Shown: piece after piece, positions 21,691 to 31,505 of the stretch
Position numbering within the stretch: position 1 is the first letter of the stretch
Layout: the number at the start of each line of letters is the position of its first letter
Source of the DNA: Aliivibrio fischeri ES114
GTDB lineage: Bacteria > Pseudomonadota > Gammaproteobacteria > Enterobacterales > Vibrionaceae
DNA: 32,000 nt
Reading direction: 5' to 3' (one strand)
NCBI RefSeq assembly: GCF_000011805.1
Contig: NC_006840.2
Notes under the pieces: model-generated
Database searches by the model: none
What the model was told of the DNA's origin: nothing
Seen by the model: the letters and a program-made list of their open reading frames with translations, nothing else
Made by a program: the position numbers and the translations under genes

Positions 21691-21716
21691 AAACGGTCAG
21701 CATGTGCTGACCGTTT
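21691..21716 (+). terminator. Terminator-like hairpin between convergent bsrV and pepD
   Basis: AAACGGTCAGCATGTGCTGACCGTTT: 12-nt inverted repeat, A-rich 5' and T-rich 3' flanks. Confidence 0.75.
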
Positions 21717-21735
21717 ATTATTTAGTTAGATAGCA

Positions 21736-23190
21736 TTATTTTTTAGGAATATTTTCTAAAATAGCCACCATTTGTTCCCAGTATAAAGCAACAGTATCAA
21801 TTTTCACTTTCTCATCAGGAGAGTGAGGGAACTTGATAGTTGGGCCAAATGAAATCATATCCATTTCTGGATAAGGTTTCTTAAATAATCCACACTCAAG
21901 ACCTGCATGAATTACCATGATATTTGGTTTATTGCCGTAGATACCTTCATATACATCACGGAAAACGTGCATTATTTCTGAATCTGCATCAGGCTTCCAA
22001 CCAGGGTAAGTGCCTGAGAAAGTGACTTGAGCGCCAGCTAGCTCAGCGACAGATGAAAGCATACCTTCAACCATGCTACGGCCTGAATCCATTAATGAGC
22101 GGATAAGACATAGAATAGTAATGCTATTTTCGTCAGTAGTGATCACACCAACATTTAATGATGTCTCAACTACACCTTCGATATCATCGCTCATGCGAAT
22201 TACACCGTTTGGACATGCATTTAGTGTCGCAATAAAACGAGATTGAGTGATCTTTGTTAGTACTTGTTCTGCAGATGCTGTTTCGTTAAAGCTAACGATA
22301 TCTGTTTCTACTTTGCCTAATTCATCTTTTAATAGGTTTGTATAGAAAGTAAATAATTCGGCTAACTTAGCTTCATTTTCGGCAGGAACTGCAATAGTAG
22401 CAAAAGCTTCACGTGGAATTGCATTACGTAGACTACCGCCACGGAATTCAACAAGGCGTAAATCAAGCTCTTGTGCGTGACCAGCTAAAAAACGACCTAG
22501 TAGTTTGTTTGCGTTCCCACGGCCAGTATGAATATCACAACCTGAATGACCACCTTTTAAGCCTTTTAGTGTGATTTGTCGAGTGATGTAACCAGAAGGA
22601 AGGGCTTCACGTTCAATGTCTAATTTGATAGCACCATCGGCACCACCAGCACAACCCATGTAAACTTCGCCTTCTTGCTCTGAATCTGTGTTTAAAAGGA
22701 TATCACCTTCTAACCATCCAGCTTCCAGACCAAAAGCTCCTGTCATACCTGCTTCTTCATCGATAGTTAATAATACTTCTAGAGGGCCGTGTTTTAGCTC
22801 TTTTGATGCTAACACTGCAAGACAAGATGCCATACCCATGCCGTTATCAGCACCAAGCGTAGTTCCTTTTGCCGTTACCCACTCACCATCAATGTATGGT
22901 TGAATTGGATCTTTAGTGAAGTCGTGCTCTGTATCTTCATTTTTTTGTGGAACCATATCGATATGAGCTTGTAGAACTACGCCTTTGCGATCTTCCATGC
23001 CTGGTGTTGCTGGCTTTTTAATAAAAACGTTACCAGTAGGATCACGGCGCACATCTAGACCTTCAGTTGTTGCCCATTCAATAATGTATTGGGCCAATGC
23101 TTCTTCATGTTTTGAAGGGTGAGGAATAGAACAGATTTTGTCAAAAAATTGCCAAAGAGGTTGAGGGGTTAGTTGACTGATCTCAGACAC
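21736..23190 (-). CDS. pepD: Aminoacyl-histidine dipeptidase (peptidase D, M20 family)
   Basis: LWQFFDKICSIPHPSKHEE; VVLQAHIDMVPQKN; GTTLGADNGMGMA; LLTIDEEAGMTGA. Confidence 0.93.
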   Translation of the reverse strand: MSEISQLTPQPLWQFFDKICSIPHPSKHEEALAQYIIEWATTEGLDVRRDPTGNVFIKKPATPGMEDRKGVVLQAHIDMVPQKNEDTEHDFTKDPIQPYIDGEWVTAKGTTLGADNGMGMASCLAVLASKELKHGPLEVLLTIDEEAGMTGAFGLEAGWLEGDILLNTDSEQEGEVYMGCAGGADGAIKLDIEREALPSGYITRQITLKGLKGGHSGCDIHTGRGNANKLLGRFLAGHAQELDLRLVEFRGGSLRNAIPREAFATIAVPAENEAKLAELFTFYTNLLKDELGKVETDIVSFNETASAEQVLTKITQSRFIATLNACPNGVIRMSDDIEGVVETSLNVGVITTDENSITILCLIRSLMDSGRSMVEGMLSSVAELAGAQVTFSGTYPGWKPDADSEIMHVFRDVYEGIYGNKPNIMVIHAGLECGLFKKPYPEMDMISFGPTIKFPHSPDEKVKIDTVALYWEQMVAILENIPKK

Positions 23191-23449
23191 AAGAATCTCC
23201 TTTATGAAAACGGTTTTTACTTATTAATGCTCTAATTATTTGAGTCATTGTTTGTTAATACAATTCAGTATACCTCTGAATCTAGCGAATTACTCTGTTT
23301 GATATTCTAAATGGAAAAACAATTTAAAATGATGAAATGACAGACGATTAAATGAGCAGTATTCGCAAACGGTTTCGTAATAAAATTACACTATTAGTAT
23401 AGTCAATAAGCTATTTTCTGTTTTTTATGTGAGGTTTGTCATGTTTTTG

Positions 23450-23477
23450 TTGTAATTTAATTTCTTAGTGGTATAGT
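23450..23477 (+). promoter_or_regulatory. Candidate sigma-70 promoter for a small transcript
   Basis: TTGTAA - 16 nt - TATAGT, just upstream of a foldable leader. Confidence 0.4.
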
Positions 23478-23480
23478 TAT

Positions 23481-23594
23481 CTCATCTGCTGATAAGGCAG
23501 AAAAAAATGCTCATAGGATGAGTCCGATTTATCGCCTCCAAGGAACCGAGATCAATTTAAAATGTTAAAAACTATCAATTGATAAGGTGATGTT
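23481..23594 (+). ncRNA. Candidate structured leader RNA, family unknown
   Basis: Nested pairing CTCATC(23481-23486)/GATGAG(23517-23522) around TCTGC/GCAGA; downstream ATCGCCT can pair with AGGTGAT covering the Shine-Dalgarno of the 28-codon ORF. Confidence 0.4.
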
Positions 23595-23681
23595 ATGTCT
23601 TTTTTAAGTTCTTCAAAATTCTGGAATCAACGCTCTGTATACACAAGTCAATTTGTGTACCCAATGTGCTTTGGTTACTAA
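23595..23681 (+). CDS. Short ORF (28 aa) MSFLSSSKFWNQRSVYTSQFVYPMCFGY, candidate leader peptide or small protein
   Basis: ATG preceded by AAGGTG at suitable spacing, tandem TAA TAA stops, followed by a UUCG hairpin and a terminator. Below the ORF-track length cutoff. Confidence 0.5.
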   Translation: MSFLSSSKFWNQRSVYTSQFVYPMCFGY

Positions 23682-23759
23682 TAAAACTTCGGTTTTATAC
23701 GTTAAAGTAATACCCCTATAATTGGAATTCTATTCTACCCTTATGGGCAGTTAATTCTC

Positions 23760-23794
23760 CGCCATTCAAAACTATTTTGGATGGCGTTTTTTTT
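23760..23794 (+). terminator. Strong Rho-independent terminator
   Basis: CGCCATTCAAAA-cta-TTTTGGATGGCG (12-bp stem, one G-U) followed by 8 T. Confidence 0.92.
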
Positions 23795-23976
23795 ATCTAA
23801 AAAATATTAATTACTTCTACACTCTTTTTATTTCTCATTCTAACTAATTGAATCATTAGATTAATTTCATGATCGTAAGATTAGTGCATTCACTTTATTT
23901 ACTGTTTGCTTATTAAAAGGGCAACTATCGCTAGAAATTAGCATAATTCCACTTTATAATTCTCAGCCAATCGATT

Positions 23977-23992
23977 ACGCAAACGTTTAGAT
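23977..23992 (+). promoter_or_regulatory. PurR operator upstream of the purine permease gene
   Basis: ACGCAAACGTTTAGAT against the PurR consensus ACGCAAACGTTTTCNT; TATAAT at 23955-23960 just upstream. Confidence 0.78.
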
Positions 23993-24020
23993 TGCATAAA
24001 TTCACTAGGAAATTACTCTA

Positions 24021-25313
24021 ATGCTTGAGAAATTATTTCAACTAAAAGCTAATGGTACGACTGTTCGTACTGAAGTTATAGCTGGTATAACCACGTTTTT
24101 AACCATGGCTTATGTTATTTTCGTTAATCCAGCTATTTTGGCGGATGCGGGAATGGATAAAGGGGCTGTATTTGTCGCGACTTGTATTGCAGCAGCTATT
24201 GGCTGTTTCATTATGGGGTTCGTTGCAAACTTCCCGATAGCTCAAGCTCCAGGTATGGGATTGAATGCCTTTTTTACTTATACCGTTGTTTTAGGTATGG
24301 GTCATACATGGCAAGTCGCTCTTGCTGCAGTATTTATGTCAGGGGTTTTATTTATTCTTCTTAGCTTATTTAAGATTAGAGAATTAATTATTAACTCAAT
24401 TCCTCTTTCACTAAGAACGGGCATTTCTGCTGGTATTGGTTTATTTCTGGCATTTATTGCACTAAAAAATTCAGGGATTGTTGTTGATAACCCAGCGACA
24501 TTGGTTTCAATGGGCCACATTAACAGTTTTCCTGCTGTTATGGGGGCACTCGCTTTCTTTTTAACAATTGCTTTAGTGCATCGTGGCTATAAAGCTGCTG
24601 TTATGATTGCTATTTTGGCTGTAACTGCACTGTCATTGCTTTTTGGTGATGTTCAGTATGCTGGTGTAATGTCAATGCCGCCAAGTATCGCACCTACCTT
24701 TTTACAATTAGACTTTTCTAGTGCGTTTGAACTAAGCATGCTAACCGTTGTATTTGCATTCTTATTCGTCGATTTATTTGATACAGCGGGCACTTTAGTT
24801 GGTGTATCACAGAAAGCGGGGATTATGGACAAAGACGGTAATATCCCTCGTTTAAATAAAGCGCTACTTGCTGATTCAACAGCGACATCAGTTGGTGCTT
24901 TATTGGGTACTTCAAATACGACATCGTATATTGAAAGTGTTGCAGGGGTAGCTGCGGGTGGTCGAACTGGTTTGACGGCTGTTGTTGTTGGTATTCTGTT
25001 CTTACTTGCATTGTTCTTTGCTCCATTAGCGGGTATGGTTCCGGCCTACGCAACGGCTGGAGCTTTGTTCTATGTCGCGATTTTGATGATGTCTGGTCTT
25101 GTTAGCATTGATTGGCGAGATCTTACTGAAGCAGCCCCAGTTGTTGTGGTATGCTTATTAATGCCGTTAACCTTTTCTATTGCGGATGGTATTTCATTAG
25201 GCTTTATTTCTTACGCTGCAATTAAGTTGCTTAGTGGTAAAGGTCGTGAAGTTCACATCAGTGTTTGGGTTCTAGCTGCATTATTCACGCTGAAATTTAT
25301 TTTTACGGCATAG
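24021..25313 (+). CDS. Guanine/hypoxanthine/adenine permease, NCS2 AzgA-like family
   Basis: AGITTFLTMAYVIFVNPAILADAGM; FVDLFDTAGTLVGV; multi-TM. Next to gpt; specificity not assignable by sequence alone. Confidence 0.88.
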   Translation: MLEKLFQLKANGTTVRTEVIAGITTFLTMAYVIFVNPAILADAGMDKGAVFVATCIAAAIGCFIMGFVANFPIAQAPGMGLNAFFTYTVVLGMGHTWQVALAAVFMSGVLFILLSLFKIRELIINSIPLSLRTGISAGIGLFLAFIALKNSGIVVDNPATLVSMGHINSFPAVMGALAFFLTIALVHRGYKAAVMIAILAVTALSLLFGDVQYAGVMSMPPSIAPTFLQLDFSSAFELSMLTVVFAFLFVDLFDTAGTLVGVSQKAGIMDKDGNIPRLNKALLADSTATSVGALLGTSNTTSYIESVAGVAAGGRTGLTAVVVGILFLLALFFAPLAGMVPAYATAGALFYVAILMMSGLVSIDWRDLTEAAPVVVVCLLMPLTFSIADGISLGFISYAAIKLLSGKGREVHISVWVLAALFTLKFIFTA

Positions 25314-25350
25314 TCGTTGATGACTGTGTCACTTAGAGGTTTTGTCAATT

Positions 25351-25809
25351 ATGGCTAATAAATTTGTAATCACTTGGGATAACATGCAGATGTATACTCG
25401 TCAGCTTGCTGAACAGTTACTTCCTGCCGATCAATGGAAAGGTATTTTGGCTGTGAGCCGTGGTGGTTTAGTTCCTGCTGCAATCTTGGCTCGTGAGTTA
25501 AATATTCGTCATGTTGATACAGTATGTATCTCAAGCTATGACCATGATCATCAGCGTGATATGACGGTTGTTAAAGCTATGGAAGGTGACGGTGAAGGTT
25601 TCATCATCATTGATGATCTAGTAGATAGCGGTGATACTGCGGTTAAATTACGTGAAATGTACCCTAAAGGTAAATTAGTAACGGTATGTGCTAAACCTGC
25701 AGGCGTTCATCTAGTAGACGCTTATGTTGTAGATATCCCACAAGATACATGGATTGAACAACCTTGGGATATGGCGGTAACTTACGTCGATCCTATTGCT
25801 AAAAAATAA
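25351..25809 (+). CDS. gpt: Xanthine-guanine phosphoribosyltransferase (track start 25342 is a TTG; ATG at 25351 preferred)
   Basis: [25 protein letters not shown]; [18 protein letters not shown] motif. Confidence 0.94.
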   Translation: MANKFVITWDNMQMYTRQLAEQLLPADQWKGILAVSRGGLVPAAILARELNIRHVDTVCISSYDHDHQRDMTVVKAMEGDGEGFIIIDDLVDSGDTAVKLREMYPKGKLVTVCAKPAGVHLVDAYVVDIPQDTWIEQPWDMAVTYVDPIAKK

Positions 25810-25830
25810 TTAGCAAAAAATATTTTAATA

Positions 25831-25862
25831 AAATGACTCTTTTATAGGGTCATTTTTTTTAT
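25831..25862 (+). terminator. Terminator after gpt
   Basis: AAATGACTC-ttttata-GGGTCATTT followed by a T run. Confidence 0.8.
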
Positions 25863-25941
25863 TCAAAACTTAATTTTATTCGCTTCTTCATATTCCTTAT
25901 TCTTCTTTCAGTATATAGTGAGAAGATGAATATGTTGTTGA

Positions 25942-27192
25942 TTGGTGGTAGATATGCCTCAACCAGAGAGTGAAAACCTTTCAGTTAAATTGTTTAAAAA
26001 CCATAAGCAAGCATTAGAGACGTCAGGCTTGGTTCCTTATCTTCCGAGTAGTTTGGAGCAATTGGAACAAAGTGGGCGTACTTGGTATCGTGAATTACGC
26101 CGACCACAATGGATATGGCAAGGCGTAGATGCAATAGAGCTTGAATCCATATTGGCTCGTATTGCAAATAGTCAAAAGCATCGTTCTCGTGATGAATGGT
26201 TAGATACCGTAAGCGGTTATCATTCTGGAAACTGGGCCTATGAATGGATCCATGCGGGAATGGAACATCAAAAAACGGCTTCGGAACTGGATGGTGATGA
26301 GGCAGCAGAAGCGTATTTTAAAGCTAGTTTGTATTTTAGTGTGGCAGGTTATCCTCATATAAAGGGAGATAATCTAGCAATTCAATCACAAGTGTTAGCT
26401 AGTCAAGCCTATGATATGGCAGCAAAACAAACTTCTCACCGTGTTGAAAAAATACTTGTACCGTATCAGGGAAGAAAAATAACCTGCTATTTGCATTTAC
26501 CAAATACAGAAAAACCATTGCCTGTCGTTATAGTGAGTGGTGGCATGGATTCACTACAAACGGACATGTGGCGTTTGTATCGTGACTTTCTTGCCCCTAA
26601 TAATATGGCGATGTTGACATTAGATATGCCATCAATAGGTCATAGTTCTCACTGGCCATTAAGTGAAGATTCAAGTTGTTTGCATCAAGCTGTATTGAAT
26701 TATCTTCCGAATATTCCGTGGGTAGATCGTTTTCATGCTGCTGTTATGGGGTTTCGATTTGGCGGTAATGTCGCATTGCGTCTTTCTTTTTTAGAGCCAA
26801 GTCGATTAAAAGCATGTGTTGCATTGGGTGCTCCTGTACATCAAATTCTGACCAATTCAGCAAGATTAAAAACCATGCCTAAAATGTATCTTGACGTGTT
26901 AGCTTCAAGGCTGGCTAAGCAAGTTGTTGATATAAATAGCCTTACAAGTCAAATGCAAGCATGGTCGCTAAAAAATCAAGGTTTTTTATCTGGTGGGAGA
27001 AAAACATCAGTTTCCGTTTTAGCTATTGGTCTGAAGGATGATCCTGTTTCACCTAAGTCAGATAATAAATTAGCGGCGCTCTTTAGCAAATATGGCAAAG
27101 GTGTTGAGCTAAATAGTAAGACATTACATAGTGGCTATGAAGAAGCATTAAAGCAGATGATTGAATGGATCAAAGAGGAAATGAAGCAATAG
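25942..27192 (+). CDS. frsA: FrsA-type alpha/beta hydrolase (start could be the ATG at 25954)
   Basis: NLSVKLFKNHKQALETSGL...RTWYRELRRPQWIWQG; GGMDSLQTDMW; VMGFRFGGNVALR; between gpt and proB. Confidence 0.87.
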   Translation: MVVDMPQPESENLSVKLFKNHKQALETSGLVPYLPSSLEQLEQSGRTWYRELRRPQWIWQGVDAIELESILARIANSQKHRSRDEWLDTVSGYHSGNWAYEWIHAGMEHQKTASELDGDEAAEAYFKASLYFSVAGYPHIKGDNLAIQSQVLASQAYDMAAKQTSHRVEKILVPYQGRKITCYLHLPNTEKPLPVVIVSGGMDSLQTDMWRLYRDFLAPNNMAMLTLDMPSIGHSSHWPLSEDSSCLHQAVLNYLPNIPWVDRFHAAVMGFRFGGNVALRLSFLEPSRLKACVALGAPVHQILTNSARLKTMPKMYLDVLASRLAKQVVDINSLTSQMQAWSLKNQGFLSGGRKTSVSVLAIGLKDDPVSPKSDNKLAALFSKYGKGVELNSKTLHSGYEEALKQMIEWIKEEMKQ

Positions 27193-27360
27193 TTTCTCTA
27201 TTTATTAATAGAATTAAAGTGAAATGTTATTAAATGCTATTTTAAGCTTGTACTGTTCTGATTTGCTTGCTAAAAGTAGTGTCAGTTTTACCAACAACGT
27301 TACGATGATTATCGTCGTAAAATTTACATCATTTATTTAAGTAAAATAGGTAGTAGGGAA

Positions 27361-28470
27361 TTGAATACACAATCTCAAACCATAGTCGTTAAACTTGGTA
27401 CAAGTGTACTCACCGGTGGCACATTAAAATTAGATAGAGCACATATGGTTGAGTTAGTTCGCCAATGTGTTCAGCTAAAAAAAGCTGGCCATCAAGTTAT
27501 TGTTGTTACGTCTGGCGCAATTGCTGCTGGTCGTGAGCATCTTAACTACCCCGAACTACCCAAAACCATGGCTAACAAGCAGTTATTAGCTGCTGTTGGT
27601 CAAAGTTGCTTAATTCAAGCGTGGCAAAGTTTGTTTGGTATTTATGGTGTTGACGTAGGTCAAATGCTATTAACTCGAGCTGATTTGGATGACCGTGAGC
27701 GTTATTTAAATGCAAGAGATATGCTTCAAGCACTATTAAAAAATAATATCGTTCCTATTGTTAATGAAAATGATGCGGTAGCAACCAATGAAATTAAAGT
27801 TGGTGATAACGATAACCTTTCTGCATTAGTCGGTATTTTAGCGGGTGCAGATAAATTATTATTGTTAACAGACCAATCGGGTCTATTTACCGCTGATCCA
27901 CGTAAAGACCCAAAAGCAGAACTGATCAAAGAAGTTCATACTATCGATGAAACACTACGCAAGATAGCTGGCGGAAGTGGTACAACTCTTGGTACCGGTG
28001 GTATGGCGACGAAGCTGCAAGCTGCTGATGTGGCGCGCCGAGCGGGTATTGAAGTAATTATTGCTGCTGGTAGTGCTGAGAATGTAATTACTGATGTGGT
28101 TAACTCTAAACCTCAAGGTACGAAGTTCTTACCTGTTGAGTGTGCTTTAGAGAGCCGTAAACGTTGGATCTTAGCTGGGCCTCCATCAAAAGGTAGCATT
28201 GTTATTGATGAAGGCGCAGTAAATGCGGTTCAACAAAAAGGCAGCAGTTTATTAAGTAAAGGTATCACTGAAGTATCAGGCCATTTCGTTCGTGGTGGCG
28301 TAGCGAAAATTGTGAATACAAAAGGTGAATTGATTGCTCGTGGTATTTCACGTTATTCAAGTGATGACTTATCTAAGATTTTAGGAAAACACAGTCAGGA
28401 TATTTACGCAGTATTAGGCTACGAATATGGCCCTGTAGCTATCCATCGTGATGATTTAGTACTGATTTAG
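27361..28470 (+). CDS. proB: Glutamate 5-kinase, TTG start
   Basis: [15 protein letters not shown]; [21 protein letters not shown]; C-terminal PUA domain. Confidence 0.95.
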   Translation: MNTQSQTIVVKLGTSVLTGGTLKLDRAHMVELVRQCVQLKKAGHQVIVVTSGAIAAGREHLNYPELPKTMANKQLLAAVGQSCLIQAWQSLFGIYGVDVGQMLLTRADLDDRERYLNARDMLQALLKNNIVPIVNENDAVATNEIKVGDNDNLSALVGILAGADKLLLLTDQSGLFTADPRKDPKAELIKEVHTIDETLRKIAGGSGTTLGTGGMATKLQAADVARRAGIEVIIAAGSAENVITDVVNSKPQGTKFLPVECALESRKRWILAGPPSKGSIVIDEGAVNAVQQKGSSLLSKGITEVSGHFVRGGVAKIVNTKGELIARGISRYSSDDLSKILGKHSQDIYAVLGYEYGPVAIHRDDLVLI

Positions 28471-28484
28471 TAAAAGGATATATT

Positions 28485-29741
28485 GTGAATTTAACAACTA
28501 TGGGTCAAGCAGCTAAAGCCGCTGCATTTGACTTAGCTGTTGCTCCAACAGCGCAAAAGAATAAAGCACTTGCAATTATTGCTGATGAATTAGAAGCAAA
28601 TAAAGATGCGATATTAGCAGCCAATGAAAAAGACATTAAAGCCGCAGTAGAAGCAGGCATTTCTGAAGCGATGCAAGATCGCTTATTACTAACTGAAGAG
28701 CGTTTGGTTGGTATTGCTAATGATGTACGTAATGTTATTAATCTGAACGATCCTGTAGGTAGTGAGATTGACAGTAAAGTACTTGAAAACGGTATGTCAT
28801 TATCACGCCGCCGTGTACCTATTGGGGTTATCGGTGTGATTTATGAAGCTCGCCCAAATGTAACCATTGATATTGCTTCTTTGTGTCTAAAAACAGGAAA
28901 CGCAAGCATTTTACGTGGTGGGAAAGAGACGTTTTTCTCTAATATGGAGTTGGTAAAAGTTATTCAAGTTGCTTTGGAAAAAGCAGGATTACCAGCAGCG
29001 TCTGTTCAATATATCGAAAAGCCAGATCGTGAATTAGTGTCTCAACTTCTGACGATGGATGATTATGTAGATATGATCATTCCACGTGGTGGTGCTGGTT
29101 TACATAAAATGTGTAAAGAAAACAGCTCTATTCCTGTGATCATTGGTGGCTTTGGTATTAGCCATGCGTTTGTTGATGAAAGCGCTGACCTAGAAAGAGC
29201 ATTAGTTGTTGTTGATAACTCAAAAGCACAGCGCCCATCTGCATGTAATGCGCTAGATACTTTATTGGTTCATGAAGCGGTAGCACCACAGTTTTTAGCA
29301 TTACTTGCTAACAATATGGCTGGTCGTGTTGAATTAGTGGCAGAGCCTAAAGCTTACGGACTATTAAAAGAGTTTGAAGGCGTATCATTACGTGAAGCAC
29401 AAGAGGGCGATTTTGATACCGAATGGCTAAGTTACACATTAGGTGTGAAAGTAGTGGCAGATGTGAATGAAGCTGCTGCACATATGCAAAAGCATAACGC
29501 GAGTCATTCAGATACTATTTTAACGAATAATATTGAATCAGCTGAAAAATTTATTAATACAGCTGGCTCTGCTGCAGTATATGTTAATGCATCAACTCGT
29601 TTTACTGATGGTGCTCAATTTGGTTTGGGTGCTGAAGTTGCAGTATCTACTCAGAAGCTTCACGCGCGTGGTCCAATGGGCTTAGAAGAGCTAACAAGCT
29701 ACAAATGGGTAGGTAAAGCGGATTATCTAATCCGTTCTTAA
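28485..29741 (+). CDS. proA: Gamma-glutamyl phosphate reductase, GTG start
   Basis: [33 protein letters not shown]; downstream of proB with AAAGGA 6 nt before GTG. Confidence 0.95.
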
Positions 29742-29766
29742 TTCAATACTCTAAAGTACCTATAAA

Positions 29767-29801
29767 CAAAAAAGGTTGACGCCAAAACGTCAACCTTTTT
29801 T
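29767..29801 (+). terminator. Bidirectional terminator between proA and lipA
   Basis: AAAGGTTGACG-ccaaaa-CGTCAACCTTT with A-rich 5' and T-rich 3' flanks. Confidence 0.9.
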
Positions 29802-29808
29802 ATTATTC

Positions 29809-29869
29809 AGACCCTAGACCCTAGACCCTAGACCCTAGACCCTAGACCCTAGACCCTAGACCCTAGACC
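29809..29869 (+). repeat. Perfect tandem heptamer array (ACCCTAG)x8 plus partial copies
   Basis: Eight exact copies from 29811 to 29866, then ACC; ends at the base before the lipA stop codon. Confidence 0.97.
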
Positions 29870-30835
29870 TTACTTCACTTCTTCGCCTTTAGCTTGAAGA
29901 TCGGCATGGTAAGAAGAGCGAACAAAAGGACCACATGCAGCGTGAGTGAATCCAAGCTCTAATGCGATTTCTTTTAATTCATCAAACTCAGCAGGTGGAA
30001 CGTAGCGCTCTACTGGTAAGTGGTGACGACTTGGTGCTAAGTATTGACCCAGAGTAAGCATGGTTACACCATGAGCTCGTAAGTCTTTTAATACTTCAAC
30101 AATCTCTTCTTTTGTTTCACCTAAGCCCATCATTAGGCCCGATTTAGTTGGAACGTTCGGGTGCTGTTCTTTGAACTTTTTAAGTAGATCTAAAGACCAT
30201 TGGTAATTCGCTCCTGGGCGTACTTTACGGTAAAGACGAGGCGCGGTTTCTAAGTTATGGTTAAATACATCTGGTGGGTTATCGATCATCGCTTCAAGAG
30301 CACGATCCATACGGCCACGGAAATCTGGAACCAATGTTTCAATGCGGATTTCAGGATTTAATGCACGGATTTCACGGTTACAATCTGCAAAATGCTGAGC
30401 ACCACCATCACGTAAATCATCACGGTCAACCGAAGTAATTACAACATACTTCAATTTCATATCTTGAATTGTTTTAGCCAGTTTTTTTGGTTCTTCTGCT
30501 TCTGGTGCAACAGGACGGCCATGGGCTACATCACAGAAAGGACAACGGCGGGTACAGATAGCACCTAAGATCATGAAGGTTGCAGTACCGTGGTTAAAAC
30601 ATTCAGCTAGGTTAGGGCAAGATGCTTCTTCACATACCGAGTGAAGGTTATTCTTACGCATTGCTGACTTGATATCGTCGATACGTTTACTGCTAGCAGG
30701 AAGTTTGATTTTCATCCATTCAGGCTTACGTAGTACTTCTTTTTGCTCTGTAGGCATGTTTTTAACTGGAATTAATGCCATTTTATCGGCATCGCGGTAT
30801 TTTACACCTTTTTCCATTTGGATTGGCTTACTCAT
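29870..30835 (-). CDS. lipA: Lipoyl synthase
   Basis: [39 protein letters not shown] (two Fe-S clusters); SSYHAD C-terminus. Confidence 0.97.
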   Translation of the reverse strand: MSKPIQMEKGVKYRDADKMALIPVKNMPTEQKEVLRKPEWMKIKLPASSKRIDDIKSAMRKNNLHSVCEEASCPNLAECFNHGTATFMILGAICTRRCPFCDVAHGRPVAPEAEEPKKLAKTIQDMKLKYVVITSVDRDDLRDGGAQHFADCNREIRALNPEIRIETLVPDFRGRMDRALEAMIDNPPDVFNHNLETAPRLYRKVRPGANYQWSLDLLKKFKEQHPNVPTKSGLMMGLGETKEEIVEVLKDLRAHGVTMLTLGQYLAPSRHHLPVERYVPPAEFDELKEIALELGFTHAACGPFVRSSYHADLQAKGEEVK

Positions 30836-31505
30836 GATTGCTGCTTTCCGTTAAATACTCGATATCAGTGTAATCAAGTAGTGTTGTTAATTCTTTAATC
30901 AGTAAAGGATGAACATCTTCGACGTGTTCTGCTTTATTCTCTACTGTCATGTTATCTTTAACTAAGTCATGAAGTTGGATCATTTCCATACCAGCATAAC
31001 CACAAGGGTTTATACGTAGGAAAGGAGATAAATCCATATTAATGTTAAGTGCTAATCCATGAAATGAACATCCTTTACGGATGCGTAATCCTAATGAGCA
31101 GATTTTCTTGTTATCAACATACACTCCCGGAGCATCAGGACGTGCTGCTGACTCAACATTAAAATGACTTAATGTATTGATTACGGTATTTTCAATATGC
31201 GTTACTAATTCACGTACACCAATGTTTTTACGTCGCAAATTAATTAATACATAAGCAACTAATTGACCCGGACCGTGATAAGTCACTTGTCCACCTCTAT
31301 CGCTTTTTACAATAGGGATATCACCAGCAGCAAGAACGTGTTCTTCTTTGCCTGCTTGTCCTTGTGTAAATACAGGGTTATGTTCCACTAGCCATACTTC
31401 ATCACATGTATTTTCATCACGTTCATCGGTAAAAGTATGCATTGCTTTCCATACCGGTTCGTAATCTTGTCGACCAAGATTTTTAACCACTAGACGTTTG
31501 TTCAA
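30828..31505 (-). CDS. lipB: Lipoyl(octanoyl) transferase
   Basis: [12 protein letters not shown]; [20 protein letters not shown]; [18 protein letters not shown]. Confidence 0.96.
   Translation of the reverse strand: MNKRLVVKNLGRQDYEPVWKAMHTFTDERDENTCDEVWLVEHNPVFTQGQAGKEEHVLAAGDIPIVKSDRGGQVTYHGPGQLVAYVLINLRRKNIGVRELVTHIENTVINTLSHFNVESAARPDAPGVYVDNKKICSLGLRIRKGCSFHGLALNINMDLSPFLRINPCGYAGMEMIQLHDLVKDNMTVENKAEHVEDVHPLLIKELTTLLDYTDIEYLTESSNHE

Noticed and set aside
23461-23560. Leader at 23.5 kb as purine, TPP, lysine, c-di-GMP or glycine riboswitch, or hammerhead ribozyme
   Set aside because: Compared from memory with the conserved cores of these families; none fits (e.g. CTGATAAGGCAG resembles but lacks the hammerhead CUGAUGA...GAAA core). 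Kept as unknown family.
27193-27360. Possible loss of crl between frsA and proB
   Set aside because: Only about 170 nt remain and no Crl-like ORF is visible, but I cannot establish that crl is expected here in this lineage or that it is absent elsewhere in the genome.
29809-29869. Heptamer array as CRISPR or genuine telomere sequence
   Set aside because: No spacers, unit of only 7 nt, internal on a bacterial chromosome between two core genes. Resemblance to plant TTTAGGG repeats is superficial.
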